DNA of 64,000 bases from Camelus ferus. Taxonomy: Eukaryota. The stretch is from the NCBI RefSeq assembly GCF_009834535.1, contig NC_045696.1, forward strand, positions 100,690,001 to 100,754,000, given 5' to 3'. A program made the translations under genes and the position numbers. The notes under the pieces are model-generated. The model was given only the letters and a program-made list of their open reading frames with translations. It had not been told where the DNA came from and ran no database searches. Of this stretch, positions 60,908-64,000 are shown piece by piece. Every line of letters begins with the position of its first letter. Positions within the stretch are counted from its first letter, which is position 1.

Positions 60908-62400
60908 GATTCATTCATTTTCATCCATTAATTGGACAGATGTCAATTATAAACCAGACACTAGTCTAAAAGCAGAAGTCATGGAAAAGAGCCAAACAGA
61001 CAACCTACAGAACGGGAGAAAATATTTGCAAATGATGCAACTGACAAAGGCTTTCACCAGAAATTTGCAGAATATACAAACAGCTTATACAACTCAATAA
61101 CAAAAAAAAATAAAACAAAACAAACAACCCAATCCCAAAATGGGCAGAAGGCCTAAACAATTTTCTCCAGTGAAGACGTACAAATGGCTAATAGGCACAT
61201 GAAAAAATGCTCAATATTGCTAATGGTCACATAGATGCAAATCAAACTACAGTGAGGTATCACCTCACATCAGTCAGAATGGCCATATTAAAAAGTCCAC
61301 AGGCACCTCAATATTCATAACAGCACTATTTACAATAGCCAATACATAGAAACAACCTAAATGTCCACCAACAGATGACTGGATAAAGATGTTGCGGTAT
61401 ACATGCAATGGAATACTACTCAGCCATTAAAAAAAGAATGAAATAAAGCCATTTGCAGCAACATGGATGGACCTGGAGATCATCATACTAAGTGATATAA
61501 GCCAGAAAGAGAAAGCAAAATACCATATGGTAGCACTTATATGTGAAATTAAAAAAAAAATGACACAAATGAACTTATTTACAAAACAGAAACAGACTCA
61601 CATAGAGAACAAACTTGTGGTTATCAGGGGGTAGGGGATGGGGAGGGATAAATTAGAAGTTTGAGATTTGCAGCTACTAACTACTACATATAAAATAGAT
61701 AAACAGCAAGGTCTTATTGTATAGAGCAGGGAACTATATTCAATGTCTTGTAATAACCTATAATTAAAAAGAATATGAAAAGGAATATGTATGTATGTAT
61801 ATGTATGAATGACACATTATGCTGGACACTGGAAATTGACACAACAATATAAACCGACTATACTTCGATTAAAAAAAGAACCAAATAGACAGACAAAACT
61901 GCCTTATAAAATTAATATTCTGCTGGGGAAAACTGTGGTATATATATTAAATAAATTATATGAAATGATAATAGAGTCAAGTGTTTATGGAAACATAGAA
62001 AAGTGTAAATGTTGGTGGTACAGGTACACAGGATTTAATATTAAGTGGAATGACAAGGGTAGGTGGACATTTAAAGGGTAACATCTGAGCAAAGACTTGA
62101 ATTAACTGTGGAGATATTTTAAGGACATTCCATTTGAGCCAAGAGACAGGGAGCAATAGTGAGGAGGCCAGTGTGCAATAGTAGAGTGAGTAACAGAATA
62201 AGAGTCAAGAGTAAAGGTCAGAAAAGGAATGAGGACCAAAGGGGATGGTACAGCTATTATAGGTAATATAAGACAATGTGAGAATTTTGGCTTGTATTTT
62301 CAGAGAAATAAATGGGATGTCCTTTAAAGAAAAGACATAATCTGACACACTGACAGAGATCCTTCTGGCTGCTGTTTTGAGTTTAATGGAATTATTAGTT
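60908..62400 (-). mobile_element. L2 LINE hosting an L1 insertion
   Basis: gattcattcatt 3' end at ~60908. Resumes after 61891 with gggtaacatctgagcaaagacttga and gagatccttctggctgctgtt. Confidence 0.75.
61003..61877 (+). mobile_element. 5'-truncated L1 with internal deletion
   Basis: TSD aaaagagccaaacagaca (60985-61002) / aaaagaaccaaatagaca (61874-61891). Collinear with 19975-21030 except for a missing block at 61301/61302. Confidence 0.93.
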
Positions 62401-62435
62401 TCTCTGATTTTAATGAGGTTCAAATTTTTGGTGTC

Positions 62436-63225
62436 TGTTGTATGGGAAATTGCATTAATACAACGATGGTCTTAATATAATGGTAGTCTCCAAGTACATG
62501 GCCAAGCCAGCAATTTCAGAGATAACAGAAGAATAAAGCTCACAAACAAACCAAATTACAGAGTTTAAGTCATACAGTTAATTGAATCAGTTGAAAACAC
62601 AGTGATAAGCAGGGGGAGATAGATGAAGTAGACTGCTATAATTAGGATAAGGTGCAAGAATAAAAGAAGGGCCACAATACCTGAAATAGGGGGTTCTTAG
62701 GTCCTGTCTGACTCTCTGCTGCATCAGCCTTCTCCTGTTGAAGGTGTGGTTTTGAGGACCAGAGGTGAGGTTTGATCAAGGGAGCTCAGGAAACAGAAGG
62801 TGCCTGAAACCAACATAGACTTGTTATATTGGGTCAACCCAGCAGCAAGCATGCCTGGCCAGTAGCTGTAGCTCTCCATGAGTCTTTCCAGCAGCTATAG
62901 ACTTTATTTGCGTTTCTTAGTGGAGTCCTCATGGGACCACACAATGGCTGTCATCATGGGATAAGCCAATTTATCACCTCATAAATTTTGAGTGCCTCAT
63001 CTATAGTAAGTGTGTCATGAATATTTGCAGCTTCTGGTCCTTCTATTCCCTTTTTTAAAATCTGTTCAGCAAAGATGTTATCTACTTAAATTATCTTTGC
63101 TTAACATGCCCCACAGATTACCAACTTACTTTAATTCATGCCTAATACATCTTACAGGTTTCTAATTTACATTATCTTTGCCTAACATGTCTGGCTGGTT
63201 ACTAACTTACTTATCTGCACTGACA
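62436..63225 (-). mobile_element. ERV1-like solo LTR (MER90/MER110-like, tentative)
   Basis: TG..CA termini, 4-bp TSD tgtc/tgtt, ~81-bp-period internal duplication near the minus-strand 5' end. Confidence 0.6.
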
Positions 63226-64000
63226 TGTTTAATGACTCTACCTGCATATTTTTGTTACTGGCTTACTCTTTTCAGGGATTTTCTTATTTATTAACCATTG
63301 TTTTGAATAATTTTACAAATATGATCAATCAATACTATAGATAGAATCATTAAACTTATTTTTTAAGAAAAATTTTCTACTTTATATCCACGTTTAGATC
63401 CTAGACAGAATTTTTTTCTTTCTAAATTCTAAGGGGTTTGTTTGAAACTAAATACCAATCACCAGTATGTTAAACTAAGGGCTAATGATATATTGAGAAG
63501 CCTTAATTAAATCAGCTCACTTAGTCTTATGGAATTGATTCTCGTCTTTTGGGTCTTTAGTTATGCAGACTTTATCTATAAAGTTACTGGCTTCTGGCCT
63601 GAGAGCATGCTGGAAATCCTAAGCCAGCCGCTTGATGAAGCTGCATGCTGGCTGTTTGCAGAAATGAGGTACAGATTTTTACTGCAGCCCTTTTGCTGTT
63701 TCTTCAAAACTGAATTCTGATCTGCACTTTGTAGCAGAGGCCTTTATGGGTAGGATAAAAGCAAAAACCAATTTGTTGGTGACACATATGAATAGACCTG
63801 CTAAGTTAATTATATCAACTCACATTATCAAAATGGAGGAGAGTAAAATCCTCTGTTTGTGAATATGCAGTCAATGATTATCTCGAGGTCAGGAGCGGTA
63901 GGATAAGCAGGCAGCTGACTGACCTCCAGAGCACTTTGATTTGTACCATAAAGAAATGTTATAATCACCAAGAATGACAAGAGCATTTATAGCTAGAGAC

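Noticed and set aside
1..64000. Prokaryotic systems (CRISPR arrays, operons) or intact host exons
   Set aside because: The sequence is mammalian repeat-rich DNA. I saw no regularly spaced repeat-spacer array and no credible coding exon. Small or non-coding exons cannot be excluded by eye.

Overview
AT-rich, repeat-dominated mammalian genomic DNA, most likely a camelid: it carries a tRNA-Ala-derived SINE of the camelid Vic-1 type and camelid/artiodactyl-type L1 3' ends. I found no intact protein-coding gene. The ORFs I could place are L1/L2 remnants, LTR sequence or FANCC pseudogene fragments; the rest look like chance ORFs. The most notable object is a ~970-bp L1-mediated retrocopy at 46561-47532, flanked by an 18-bp target-site duplication (TSD) inside an L2. 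It appears to fossilise a chimeric spliced mRNA in three parts: a MaLR (MLT1A-type) LTR first exon ending at the LTR splice donor, FANCC exons 2-6 joined without introns, and an L1-derived terminal exon with AATAAA and a poly(A) remnant. Other highlights are a dense cluster of ~12 same-strand solo LTRs (22.7-39.6 kb), a near-complete Charlie1 hAT transposase fossil carrying three nested insertions, a decayed MaLR provirus with a nested LTR, and a perfect 20-bp fold-back hairpin formed inside an L1. All repeat family names and FANCC exon boundaries come from recalled consensus or reference sequences, not from a database search.
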